This document shows positions 19,184 to 27,779 of a stretch of DNA of 32,000 bases, one piece after another; the stretch's first letter is position 1, and every line of letters begins with the position of its first letter. The DNA is taken from NCBI RefSeq assembly GCF_001598795.1, contig NZ_BCZP01000011.1, forward strand, positions 198,868 to 230,867. Reading direction: 5' to 3'. Source of the stretch: Delftia acidovorans NBRC 14950. GTDB lineage: Bacteria; Pseudomonadota; Gammaproteobacteria; Burkholderiales; Burkholderiaceae_C. Under the pieces are notes generated by a model. The model did no database searches. It had not been told where the DNA came from and saw only the letters and a program-made list of their open reading frames with translations. Position numbers and translations under genes: made by a program.

Positions 19184-21088
19184 TCAGGGACGGTCGACGC
19201 TGCCGCGCACCAGGTGTTCGAACTGGTAGTCGTCGGCCACAGCCTCGCTGGGCTGCACGGTGCGGATGAGGGCATGGGGGGCAATGCCGCCCTCGGTGTT
19301 GATGCGCAGCACGTTGCCCGCGCTCCAACCCTGGCCCCAGCCCAGGGCGCGGATCGTGATGTAGGGCACGCCGCTGATCGGGTTGATGGGCGCGAAATCC
19401 ACGTTGGTGGAGCCCGTGCCCAGGTTGCCCACGTGCTCGCCGATGAATTCAAAGGTCGTGGCGCTCAAGAAGCGGCACATCCAGCGCTCGGGCAGCGCGC
19501 CGGCATTGGTGACGAGCAGGGGCGCGATGGTGTCGTTGTAGCTAGCCAAGGCCTCGGTGCCGTCCACCGTGTCCTGCCATTTGTTGGTCCAGGTGGTCTG
19601 GTCAAACATCAGGCTGACGCGGGCGCGCAGCGTGCCGGCCATCAGCGCGCTGGAGACCACGCTGCCCACGGGGAACTCGTGGCTCAGCTGCTTGGTGATC
19701 GCCAGCATGCCGTTGATCTGCACATCGCTGACGCGCGCCATCTCCTCGATGCGGTGCTGGAACGTGACCGGCTGGGCCCAGCCCGTGATGTCGCTAACCG
19801 TGATCTTGCCCGCCTCAAGATCCACGCTCCAGCCCTGTTGGATGCGCTGGCCATCGGCGCCGATGACGAAGGCGCGGGACAGCCGCACGCGCCCGCAGTT
19901 GATGACCTGGCCGTTGGTCACGGTGACCGGGCCTATCTGGCCGGTGTGGCCGATCACGATGTAGCTGCCCACGCGGTAGATAGGCACACGGCCATCGGGG
20001 GGCAGGCGCACGGGGTCCAGGCCGATGACGTCCGCGTCCAGCGGCAGGTAGAAGTAGCTGACGCTGTTGTAGCGCAGCGTGGTCGGTTCCACTGGCCAGG
20101 GGCGCCAGATGCGGTTCGGCTGCACTGCACCGATGTCGTCTGCCGAGTACCACCATTCGGTCTTCTGGGCAGCGGTCAGCGAGGTGTCCAGCACATAGTC
20201 GCCGAACTGCAGCTCGACCACGCCGCTCTGGTAGTCGATCTTGCCGCGCAGGTGTGTGCCCGAGATCACGCCGTCGATGCCGGCCGAGGCCGTGATCTGC
20301 TCGCCCGTGGCGTCGGACAGGTTCATGACAAAGCCGGAGGGCTTGATGGGCGCGGCGGCCGTGCGCATGAAGAGGCTGGCCGTGGTCCAGTTCTGGCGCA
20401 CGGTCCACAGGCTCTCGACCATCAGGTCGGTGGCCGGACCATCGACCACATAGTCGAAGATCCGCGCCACGCCGCTGGAGTAGTCAAGCGCGCCAGCCAC
20501 GATGCCCAGCGCCGTGGACGTGCGGTCGCGCACCAGCACGCCGTCGTAGTCCTCATAGACGTGGCCCATCCACCGAAACCGCACGCTGCCCGGCACGATG
20601 TAGTCGGTGGTGTAGGGGCACAGGTCCAGCACCACGGGCTCCGGTGTGAAATTCATCACATGGTGCTGCGCGCTGGTGAAGTCCTCGGCGTAAGTCACCG
20701 TCACCGTGCTGGCCGCCAGCAGTTCTTCGCTCACCGAGGTATCGCGGCGGTCACCGCCCTTGGACACGGTGGAGAAGCTGGGGTCGCTGCCATTGCCGCC
20801 CATCGTGGTTTCTTCAAAACTCAGGGCGTTTTCGTAGTCACTGTTGTAGCCCTCGGTCTTGCTGTCCAGCTGGACGAACTTGATGTTGAGGAACTTGCCC
20901 GCGTAGTTGATGGTGCCGTCCGGGCCGAACGTGCCCTGGCCGTCATCGGTCAACAGGTGGCGCACCGTGTCCTGGGTCTTGCTTGTCTGGTAGCTGGACC
21001 GGCTGTGTGTCGAAGACGAGCTTGCCGATGTCCTTGTTGTCTGCATGACAACGCCGCCCGATACGCGGCCCACTGATACTTCTGCCAT
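19184..21088 (-). CDS. phage tail-tip/baseplate structural protein (634 aa)
   Basis: Full-length track ORF with AAGGGAG upstream. The N-terminus is Ser/Thr-rich and is followed by a TDDGQGTFGPDGTINYAG motif shared with the upstream gene. I see no enzymatic motif. Confidence 0.7.
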   Translation of the reverse strand: MAEVSVGRVSGGVVMQTTRTSASSSSTHSRSSYQTSKTQDTVRHLLTDDGQGTFGPDGTINYAGKFLNIKFVQLDSKTEGYNSDYENALSFEETTMGGNGSDPSFSTVSKGGDRRDTSVSEELLAASTVTVTYAEDFTSAQHHVMNFTPEPVVLDLCPYTTDYIVPGSVRFRWMGHVYEDYDGVLVRDRTSTALGIVAGALDYSSGVARIFDYVVDGPATDLMVESLWTVRQNWTTASLFMRTAAAPIKPSGFVMNLSDATGEQITASAGIDGVISGTHLRGKIDYQSGVVELQFGDYVLDTSLTAAQKTEWWYSADDIGAVQPNRIWRPWPVEPTTLRYNSVSYFYLPLDADVIGLDPVRLPPDGRVPIYRVGSYIVIGHTGQIGPVTVTNGQVINCGRVRLSRAFVIGADGQRIQQGWSVDLEAGKITVSDITGWAQPVTFQHRIEEMARVSDVQINGMLAITKQLSHEFPVGSVVSSALMAGTLRARVSLMFDQTTWTNKWQDTVDGTEALASYNDTIAPLLVTNAGALPERWMCRFLSATTFEFIGEHVGNLGTGSTNVDFAPINPISGVPYITIRALGWGQGWSAGNVLRINTEGGIAPHALIRTVQPSEAVADDYQFEHLVRGSVDRP

Positions 21089-21108
21089 GGTTTTTCTCCC
21101 TTAATTGA

Positions 21109-22971
21109 TCAGGCGCCCCAGCGCCGGTAATCCACGCCGCCGATGGACTTGACGCCCGCCGTGTACTCGGCGTCGGTCCAGACCACGCCATCGACGTCGG
21201 GCGGCACGTAGTGGTTGCCCTCGGGCGAGCTGGTGGCGCCGACCTCGATATAGACGGCCCCGCCGCTGGCGCGCGCGCCGCCCTGGGCCATGTACTTGCC
21301 TGTGGTCGATCCATCGGATAGAGGCACACGCGAAGTGATGACGGGCGCAGGCGCCGGGGGCACCTGGGGCAGGTAGCTAAATTTGCCGCTGCCGCCGTTT
21401 TTGGAGGCCGAGGTACCACCGGATGAGGCGCCGGAGCTGGCCGAGAGATTGCGCACGGTGATCCACGCCACGGACACGGTGCCGGGCGCAGGGATGGTGT
21501 CCAGGGTGATCGCGCCGTAGCCGCCTGCGTCGAGGACGACCGAGACGTTCTTGCTCACCGTCACGGCATAGTCGTACTCGATGGCGAACTGCCCGCCTGC
21601 ATCGATCATGAATTGCGGGCGCAGTAGCAGCGCGGCTGATGCGTAGTTGATCTCGCCCGTGGCGGCGCCCTGCAGGTCACCCTGGCCGTTGTCCGTGGCC
21701 GTGCGCAGCACGCCGCCCGAGGTCCACTTGATGACCAGCGAGCCCGGCTTGATGCCCTGGTGCGGCAGGCGCATGGCGTGCTCGGGCAGTCGCCAGCCCG
21801 TGGCGCTGGAGCGGTTGACGAAGGCCGAGGCCTCGCCCCACTGGAAAATGATTGAGCTGCCCACATCAGGCAGCGCAGGCAGCGTCACGGACACCGAGCC
21901 GTTCGCATAGTTGACCGTCCCCACGGCCGAGCCGGTCAGCTCGCCCTGGCCGTTGTCGGAGGCGGTGTACCAGACGCCCATGACCTGGAACGAGACCGCC
22001 AGCGTGTTTGGCGCCGGGAAAGGCTTGAGGATGGCCACCCAGCTGAAACTGCGGTTTTCCTGGCCGACCTTGATGCGGCGCGTGTGCGGCGCATTGGGCA
22101 CGCGGATCTCGCGCGGCGAGGTGGCGAGCACCAGCTGCCGCACGCCGGCCGGGCGCTGGTCCAGCGCCGCAGTCTCGGTGCGTGAGTTGGGCACCAGCTG
22201 GGTGTAGATGCTGGCCACCCGCAGCATGCTCTCGCCCAGCTGCACAGCTGCCGTCAGGGGCTGGGCGCCATAGAAGCTGGCCGCGTCCGCCACGGTGGTG
22301 TCCCGGATGCGCGTCTTGCTGGGGTCCATTGACCAGCCCCGGTTGGGAGGCGACCCTGGGAAGGCGCTGCGCAGCCGGGGGGTGATCTCGCACGTAGTGA
22401 CGCTAGCCGTGTAGTCCGTGTAGCCGCCGCTGCTGGAATAGGAAAACTGCAGGGTCTCGGTCTCGGCGCGCAGCACGCGCACGTACTGCAGCGCCTGGCT
22501 GGCCAGCCCCTCGTTGTAGACGAGGATCAGCGTGCGGCCGATGGTCGGCGCCGGTGTGCCGGGACGGTGGAAGATCTTGATTGAGGCCTGGCCCTGGACA
22601 TGGTTCTCCAGCAGATAGCCGCCCCACTCCGTGCCCGGGATGAGGTAGGCCGCGATGGCCGCGGCGATCTCCGAACGACGCGCGAATACGCCGCAGGGCG
22701 CGATGGTGATGGACACATTCGGATCGTTGGGCACGGCCGAGACAATGATGTTGGTGTCCATCAGCGGCTCAGTGGTGGGCGTTTGCACGGCCGCGTGCAC
22801 CTGGCGGATGGACACGTCGCCGCCGGCCCGGTCGACCTCGGTGATGTCCTCGAAGACGCCATTGCTCTTGCCCCAGGCGATGACGTTGCCCGTAGGGCCG
22901 CCGCCGCCATTGGGGTCATCGGTCATGACCTTGGATTCGAGCAGGCGGATATCGCCGTCTCTGACTGTCAT
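21109..22971 (-). CDS. phage tail-tip/baseplate structural protein (620 aa)
   Basis: Full-length track ORF with GAGGAG upstream. It has two internal copies of the motif TA(S/T)DNGQG(E/D)L.G.A.G..NYA. A Gly/Ser-rich and a Pro-rich linker lie near the C-terminus. Confidence 0.7.
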   Translation of the reverse strand: MTVRDGDIRLLESKVMTDDPNGGGGPTGNVIAWGKSNGVFEDITEVDRAGGDVSIRQVHAAVQTPTTEPLMDTNIIVSAVPNDPNVSITIAPCGVFARRSEIAAAIAAYLIPGTEWGGYLLENHVQGQASIKIFHRPGTPAPTIGRTLILVYNEGLASQALQYVRVLRAETETLQFSYSSSGGYTDYTASVTTCEITPRLRSAFPGSPPNRGWSMDPSKTRIRDTTVADAASFYGAQPLTAAVQLGESMLRVASIYTQLVPNSRTETAALDQRPAGVRQLVLATSPREIRVPNAPHTRRIKVGQENRSFSWVAILKPFPAPNTLAVSFQVMGVWYTASDNGQGELTGSAVGTVNYANGSVSVTLPALPDVGSSIIFQWGEASAFVNRSSATGWRLPEHAMRLPHQGIKPGSLVIKWTSGGVLRTATDNGQGDLQGAATGEINYASAALLLRPQFMIDAGGQFAIEYDYAVTVSKNVSVVLDAGGYGAITLDTIPAPGTVSVAWITVRNLSASSGASSGGTSASKNGGSGKFSYLPQVPPAPAPVITSRVPLSDGSTTGKYMAQGGARASGGAVYIEVGATSSPEGNHYVPPDVDGVVWTDAEYTAGVKSIGGVDYRRWGA

Positions 22972-22983
22972 ATTTTCAACTCC

Positions 22984-23379
22984 TCAAACTGTGATGAGCC
23001 GCAACGTTGCGACATAGGGATTGGCGAGCGCGGGAAGCTCGGGCCTGCCGACGGGCCGGGCCGTGATGGGTTCGTCGCCGGAAAACTGCACGTCGAAGGC
23101 GCGGCCATCCGCCAGCCGCAGGCTGTAGACCTGGCCTGCGGCGCCAGCCATCTGCAGCAGCACGAGCAAGGTGGCGCGGCGGATCCAGCCATGGGACTCA
23201 TCCCCCTCCAGAGTGATCGGACGTCCCGCAGACTTGCCGGCTTCGTCCACGATCAGCGCCCCCGTGATGCTGCGCGCCGTACTGCGCGCCACGGCGGACC
23301 ATGTGAATTCATCCGTCCAGGTCATCCCGCGGGGAATCTCAAGCGTTCCCAATAGGTGGTTCTTGGCTGTCATCGTCAT
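22984..23379 (-). CDS. small tail protein immediately downstream of the tape measure gene (131 aa)
   Basis: Track ORF. The ATG overlaps the TMP stop (ATGA at 23376..23379). Its position and size are analogous to lambda gpM-type minor tail proteins. This is a positional inference only. Confidence 0.6.
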   Translation of the reverse strand: MTMTAKNHLLGTLEIPRGMTWTDEFTWSAVARSTARSITGALIVDEAGKSAGRPITLEGDESHGWIRRATLLVLLQMAGAAGQVYSLRLADGRAFDVQFSGDEPITARPVGRPELPALANPYVATLRLITV

Positions 23380-26174
23380 ATTCCGGAAAGGTTCTTGCTT
23401 CGCTCAAGCTCCGACAGCAGGCGTTCGATCGCCCGTTCGCCATCGGCGTCGGTCCTTACATTGCCCAGCGAGCTGCCGTTGATCCGCAGGTCGATGACCC
23501 GAGCTGCGGCCCCAACCGTGGACGTGTTGGTGGGAGACTCCAGCGGTGCCCTCTGCGCTTGGGCAACCTTGTCCCTCGCCTGCTGCAAAACAGCATCGGC
23601 GATAGCCTTGTTCACCTCGTTCGGATTCACGCCGCCCTGGATCCCGCCGAAAATGCCGGCGGGTTTGTCGTACTGCTGCTCGAACTGGTCCACGACGCGC
23701 AATGCGGCCGCGTCATCCAGCCCCTGGCCTTTGGCCATTTCGAGCACGGCCGTGCGCGAAAGAATGGTGAGTGCCACTCGCTCGCCTGCGGTGTTCAGGC
23801 TGTGGCCTTCCTTGTCGATATTCCATTTCTTTCGGTACAGCTCCAGCTCTCGTTCCTTGAGCTCGTTGGCCTTTTCCTGCGCGGCGATCTCTCGCTCACG
23901 CTCGGCATTCAAGCGCTCCAGTGCAGTACGCTGGTCGTTCACGGCACGGGTTACCTGATCGTTCGAGCCTTTCGTCTTGTCGGCAGCGTCTTTCAGGTCC
24001 CTGGTGCTTTTCCCTGTCTTGTCCACCTCGGACTTGAGGCCTTGCAAGGAGGCTTTGCCCTTGTCCAGGCCCGTATAGGCTTCATCCACCGCCTTGGCCG
24101 CCTGCTGCGCGCTCTGAGCGGACTCGGGAAGCGCCTTCTGGATCTTGTTGATTTCCTCCAGCTTCTCTGCAGCGGCCTGCAGGTTGCCCGCCTCCATCAG
24201 TTGCCGATATTCGGAACGCAACTGGCTGACGCTTTGTGACGCGGTGGCCGTCGACGCAGCCGTACTCTCCAGCGCCACCTTGGTTTCCATGCTCTTTCGG
24301 CCGGTCTCCTCGATGGAAGCAGCCATCTGCCTGAAGGCGCGCTCCGATTCCCCGCCAGCTGTACCGGCCTCCTGGCTGCCTTGCACCAGGCCGGCGAAGC
24401 CATTGCGCGTCGTCTGAGCGGCGTCGGTCACGGCCTGCAGGGACTCGGTGGCCTTGTCGCGCATGGCCTGGGCCGAAGCCCCGAAGCCGCCCGCCATCAC
24501 CTCGGCGTCTTGCGCGGCCTGCTTGAAGGACTGGGACAACTGGCCAAACGAGACCTTCGCGAGCTGCTCGTTAAGCCATGCAATCCCACTCGAGACACCG
24601 CTCGCGATTTCGGCGAAAACTGCACCCAGGCCATAGATGACGGTCATCACGCCATTGACGCCAGCGCTCATCGTGCCCCAGGCAATCTTCAGCACGTTGC
24701 CGGTATTCGTGCCGTACTCCTGCACCCGCGTCAGGGCGTCCTTGGCCTGGTCTGCGAAGGCCTGCAGCTTCTCGCCCACGGCCTTGAAATCGATCGTGGA
24801 AATGAAGCCCTTGGCGAATTCCAGGCCGGAGCGGAAGGCCGCGGCAATCGATTCGCCGAAGCGCCCGATGGCGCCGTCAGCAACGGCAGTGCGGAAGCCC
24901 TCTGCCACCGCATCCACCGCCTCCTTGAGAACAGGCAGCACGGGCGTGCCCAGCGTGGTCTTGACACCCTCCCAGACATTTTCGAACCCCTTGACCGAGC
25001 CATTGAGGTTGTCCGACATGGTTGCTGCCATGTCGGCGGCACTGCCGGAAGCGTTGCCCAGCGTGGTGGAGAGAGCATTCAGTGAGCCCATGCCCTGGCT
25101 GAGCAGCCCGGACAGCACGGGACCGGCCTCCGTCCCCAGTGCCTTGATGGCCTGCGCACCTTCCGGGCCCTTGCCGGCCAGTTGCTGCAATGCCTGCTCG
25201 AAATCGTCGGTGACAATGCCGGCCTCGCCCAGCTCCTTGCGGAACGCGCTGGCCGGATCCGCGAACTGGCCCAGGATGGTGTTGAACGCCGAGCCGGCCT
25301 TCCCCGCATCGGTCCCAGCCTGCGAGAACTGGCCGATCATGGCCACCGTGCTCTCCAGGCTCAGTCCCACGCGTCCGGCAGCAGGGCCCACCGTGCCCAG
25401 GGTCTCGGCCAGGCTGCCGATACTGGTGCCGGTGAGCACCGACCCTTTGGCCAGCACATCCGCCACGCGCCCTGCATCCTCGAATTGCAGGCCCATGCCC
25501 GAAACCGCCTTGGTCACGGCTTCGCTGGCGGCGGACAGTTCCATGCCGCCGGCCTGCGCAAGGTTCAGGACCGCCGGCAACGTGGCAATACTCTCCTGGG
25601 CCGTCAACCCCGCCTGCGCCAGGCTTTCCAGCGCGCCGGCAGCCTGCACGCCGGAGTACTGCGTGGTGAGTCCGGCATCCGTGGCCGCCTTGGTCAGCGC
25701 GGCCATCTCCTCGGCCGAACTGCCGGTGGCGACCTGGACACGGTCCATTGCCGACTCGAAATCCGCCGCAGCCGTGACGGCATTCTTGAAGGTCTCTCCA
25801 GCCGAAGCACCAAAGCCCTTGAGCATGGATGCCCCCACCTCGGACAGTTTGGTGGCAAGACTGTCCAACGAGGCCGCGCCCCGGCTCACCATCCCGCTCA
25901 CCGCAGAGCCGGCCGCCGTGCCGAGCGCCATGAAGGACTGGGCTCCCTGGGCGCCCTTGTCCGCCAAACTTTGCAACACGGCCTGCACACCGTCCATCAC
26001 CGTCTGGAAATTGCTGAGCGCTTTGGCCGCGCTGTCGAAAGCAGACCTGGCCGCAGCACCAAAACTCTGGAGCATTGATGTGCCCACCTCGGCTGCCTTG
26101 GCCTTGAGGCTATCGAACGCCTTCTCTGCGGCGTCCTTGGCGCGGGTGAGCATGGAAATGGGTTTCTCGTCCAT
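23376..26174 (-). CDS. tail tape measure protein (932 aa), TP901-family core
   Basis: Long, Ala/Gly/Ser-rich, helical sequence. The core region SGMGLQFEDAGRVADVLAKGSVLTGTSIGSLAETLGTVGPAAGRVGLSLESTVAMIGQFSQAGTDAGKAGSAFNTIL matches the TP901-type TMP core pattern as I recall it. There is an N-terminal tandem duplication and a C-terminal coiled-coil-like charged region. Confidence 0.9.
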   Translation of the reverse strand: MDEKPISMLTRAKDAAEKAFDSLKAKAAEVGTSMLQSFGAAARSAFDSAAKALSNFQTVMDGVQAVLQSLADKGAQGAQSFMALGTAAGSAVSGMVSRGAASLDSLATKLSEVGASMLKGFGASAGETFKNAVTAAADFESAMDRVQVATGSSAEEMAALTKAATDAGLTTQYSGVQAAGALESLAQAGLTAQESIATLPAVLNLAQAGGMELSAASEAVTKAVSGMGLQFEDAGRVADVLAKGSVLTGTSIGSLAETLGTVGPAAGRVGLSLESTVAMIGQFSQAGTDAGKAGSAFNTILGQFADPASAFRKELGEAGIVTDDFEQALQQLAGKGPEGAQAIKALGTEAGPVLSGLLSQGMGSLNALSTTLGNASGSAADMAATMSDNLNGSVKGFENVWEGVKTTLGTPVLPVLKEAVDAVAEGFRTAVADGAIGRFGESIAAAFRSGLEFAKGFISTIDFKAVGEKLQAFADQAKDALTRVQEYGTNTGNVLKIAWGTMSAGVNGVMTVIYGLGAVFAEIASGVSSGIAWLNEQLAKVSFGQLSQSFKQAAQDAEVMAGGFGASAQAMRDKATESLQAVTDAAQTTRNGFAGLVQGSQEAGTAGGESERAFRQMAASIEETGRKSMETKVALESTAASTATASQSVSQLRSEYRQLMEAGNLQAAAEKLEEINKIQKALPESAQSAQQAAKAVDEAYTGLDKGKASLQGLKSEVDKTGKSTRDLKDAADKTKGSNDQVTRAVNDQRTALERLNAEREREIAAQEKANELKERELELYRKKWNIDKEGHSLNTAGERVALTILSRTAVLEMAKGQGLDDAAALRVVDQFEQQYDKPAGIFGGIQGGVNPNEVNKAIADAVLQQARDKVAQAQRAPLESPTNTSTVGAAARVIDLRINGSSLGNVRTDADGERAIERLLSELERSKNLSGI

Positions 26175-26210
26175 GATTCAGGGTTCTTTTGTAGGCATGT
26201 CTGGTTGGCG

Positions 26211-26232
26211 CTGCCGCCTGTCCAGGCGGCAG
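26211..26232 (-). promoter_or_regulatory. strong GC hairpin in the 98-nt gap between the putative tube gene and the tape measure gene
   Basis: CTGCCGCC-TGTCCA-GGCGGCAG: a perfect 8-bp stem with no U-tract. It is a likely transcript-stabilising or attenuating structure that lowers downstream expression. Confidence 0.45.
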
Positions 26233-26272
26233 GGCGAACCACCCGGCACGCGGCCAGGTGGGATGGTTCACA

Positions 26273-27064
26273 TCAGGGGATGGACACGGGACGGCCGTCG
26301 CGGTAGATGGCCTGCGCGTTGGGACCCTTGAGAACTTCCAGCGAGAACTGCATGCTCACGGGCTTGGTGTCCTCGGTGATCAGAGGCATCTCGCCCGTGG
26401 GCGTGAGCGCCACCAGCGGCATGTACCAGTCGCTGTCCAGGCCGGCAGCGCTGTCGGACACGATGCGGATCGCACAGGTCATGTCGGTCTTGGCGCCCGT
26501 CATCACCGACTCGAACTGGCCGGCCACGGGCGTGTAGCCGAAGACCACCTTGCCGGCGGCGATCTGGCCGCCTTCGATGATCTGGACACGGCCGGTCTCC
26601 AGGCTCAGGTTGTAGTCGCGGCCCGCGACGTAGCTGGTCTGGCCGTCCTCGCTCTTGATGGACACGGTGGAGACGTTGCGCACACCCAGCGGATTGGCAG
26701 CGGTGGCGCCCAGCTGGTACTGGCGGCCGGGGACCACGGCGCGGATCTCGTTGTCCACGGGGGTGGCGTCCTGAGTCTTCAGCGCATGGGTGCCGGACAG
26801 CCAGGAGGCCACGTTGCGCGCGCTGATGTTGTCGCAGGTCAGGGCGCCGGTGCGGGTGACCTTGATGGGCCAGCTGCCGTCCTTCTCGGACATGCCCTCT
26901 TCGCTGCTGAAGTGCTCAGCCTTTTCTGCCGCGACGGTGAGGGTGAAGCCCGGGCAGTTGCCCATGGGAATCTCGCCCGTCAGTTGCTCGTTGGCGTCAT
27001 AGAGGTCGATGTAGACGCGGCCTCGTGGAATCTGGTAGTCATTTTTCGGGTGTGCAATCGGCAT
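26273..27064 (-). CDS. putative major tail (tube) protein (263 aa)
   Basis: Full-length track ORF with GGAG 8 nt upstream of the ATG. It lies immediately upstream of the TMP, and its composition is beta-rich (MPIAHPKNDYQIPRGRVYIDLYD...GNCPGFTLTVAAEK...). The assignment rests mainly on position and size. Confidence 0.6.
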   Translation of the reverse strand: MPIAHPKNDYQIPRGRVYIDLYDANEQLTGEIPMGNCPGFTLTVAAEKAEHFSSEEGMSEKDGSWPIKVTRTGALTCDNISARNVASWLSGTHALKTQDATPVDNEIRAVVPGRQYQLGATAANPLGVRNVSTVSIKSEDGQTSYVAGRDYNLSLETGRVQIIEGGQIAAGKVVFGYTPVAGQFESVMTGAKTDMTCAIRIVSDSAAGLDSDWYMPLVALTPTGEMPLITEDTKPVSMQFSLEVLKGPNAQAIYRDGRPVSIP

Positions 27065-27091
27065 GTCGCTGCTCCAATCAAAGGTAAGAAA

Positions 27092-27502
27092 TCACGGCTG
27101 GCCGTCGAACAGGGCCGTGGTGGTGAATGCGACCTCGTACCCCACGAGGCCTGGGTCGGGGAAAACCGCCTCCTGGATGGAGGCGAACTGGAAGGGGGTC
27201 CAGAAGCGGTCATCGACCGCTCCCGGCGACCAGTTGTGCAGTGCTTCGACCAAGGCCGCGAGTGCCTCGCCCAGCGCGGCAGCAGCCTGTGCGCCGCGCG
27301 GCACCATCAGGGCGGCAACCCAGGTCGGCTGCAACTGCGCCGCGGTCCTCATGGCTGCCACCCCTGTGGCAGATGCCATGCGCACCTGCGCAGCAGGCAC
27401 GGCCGAGCCGTCGACGGACTCACTGGCTCCGCTGACGCGCCAGCCCCCGAAGGCCGGCAACGACTTGAGGCGGGAGGCCAGGATGGATTCGAGCTGCAGC
27501 AT
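27092..27502 (-). CDS. putative tail terminator / Mu gp37-like protein (~136 aa; start uncertain)
   Basis: The track ORF 27092..27544 begins at a TTG. ATG 27502 gives MLQLESILASRLKSLPAFGGWRV... The N-terminal pattern, size and position just before the tube gene are typical of tail terminator or completion proteins. There is no clear Shine-Dalgarno sequence. Confidence 0.45.
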   Translation of the reverse strand: MLQLESILASRLKSLPAFGGWRVSGASESVDGSAVPAAQVRMASATGVAAMRTAAQLQPTWVAALMVPRGAQAAAALGEALAALVEALHNWSPGAVDDRFWTPFQFASIQEAVFPDPGLVGYEVAFTTTALFDGQP

Positions 27503-27693
27503 CAGGCGCACGCTCTGATGGCGGCCGTCTGGCTGCGGACACAACCGTCCGCTGCATCCGGCAAGCCTGCGACCGGGGCCGCAGTGTTGAAGGTGTTGTT
27601 TCTCGAGTGGGTGAACATAGGAAAAAGACCGCCTGTATCCTTGGGTTCCATTGCGCCCTGCTGGGCGTGTTCAGACAGTTTCTCTGTCCTCGC

Positions 27694-27720
27694 GTCTCAT
27701 TTCCTGCCGACAAATGAGAC
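27694..27720. promoter_or_regulatory. inverted repeat GTCTCATTT-N9-AAATGAGAC in the lower-GC gap between mor and the tail operon (candidate late-promoter operator)
   Basis: Perfect 9-bp arms read directly from the sequence. A second small hairpin, GACAG-TTTCT-CTGTC, lies at 27674..27688. The 235-bp gap (27545..27779) is the only sizeable non-coding stretch inside the element. Confidence 0.4.
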
Positions 27721-27779
27721 TGTTTTCAAGCGCATGCCAGGCCCAGCAGCGGTCGCCGTCCGCCGCTGCGCTGCACGGC

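Noticed and set aside
17979-19328. Possible diversity-generating retroelement acting on the variable C-terminus of the fibre-like gene
   Set aside because: No reverse transcriptase ORF is present, and I saw no template/variable repeat pair (no second near-identical ~100-bp copy) anywhere in the window. Horizontal module swapping better explains the low-GC module.
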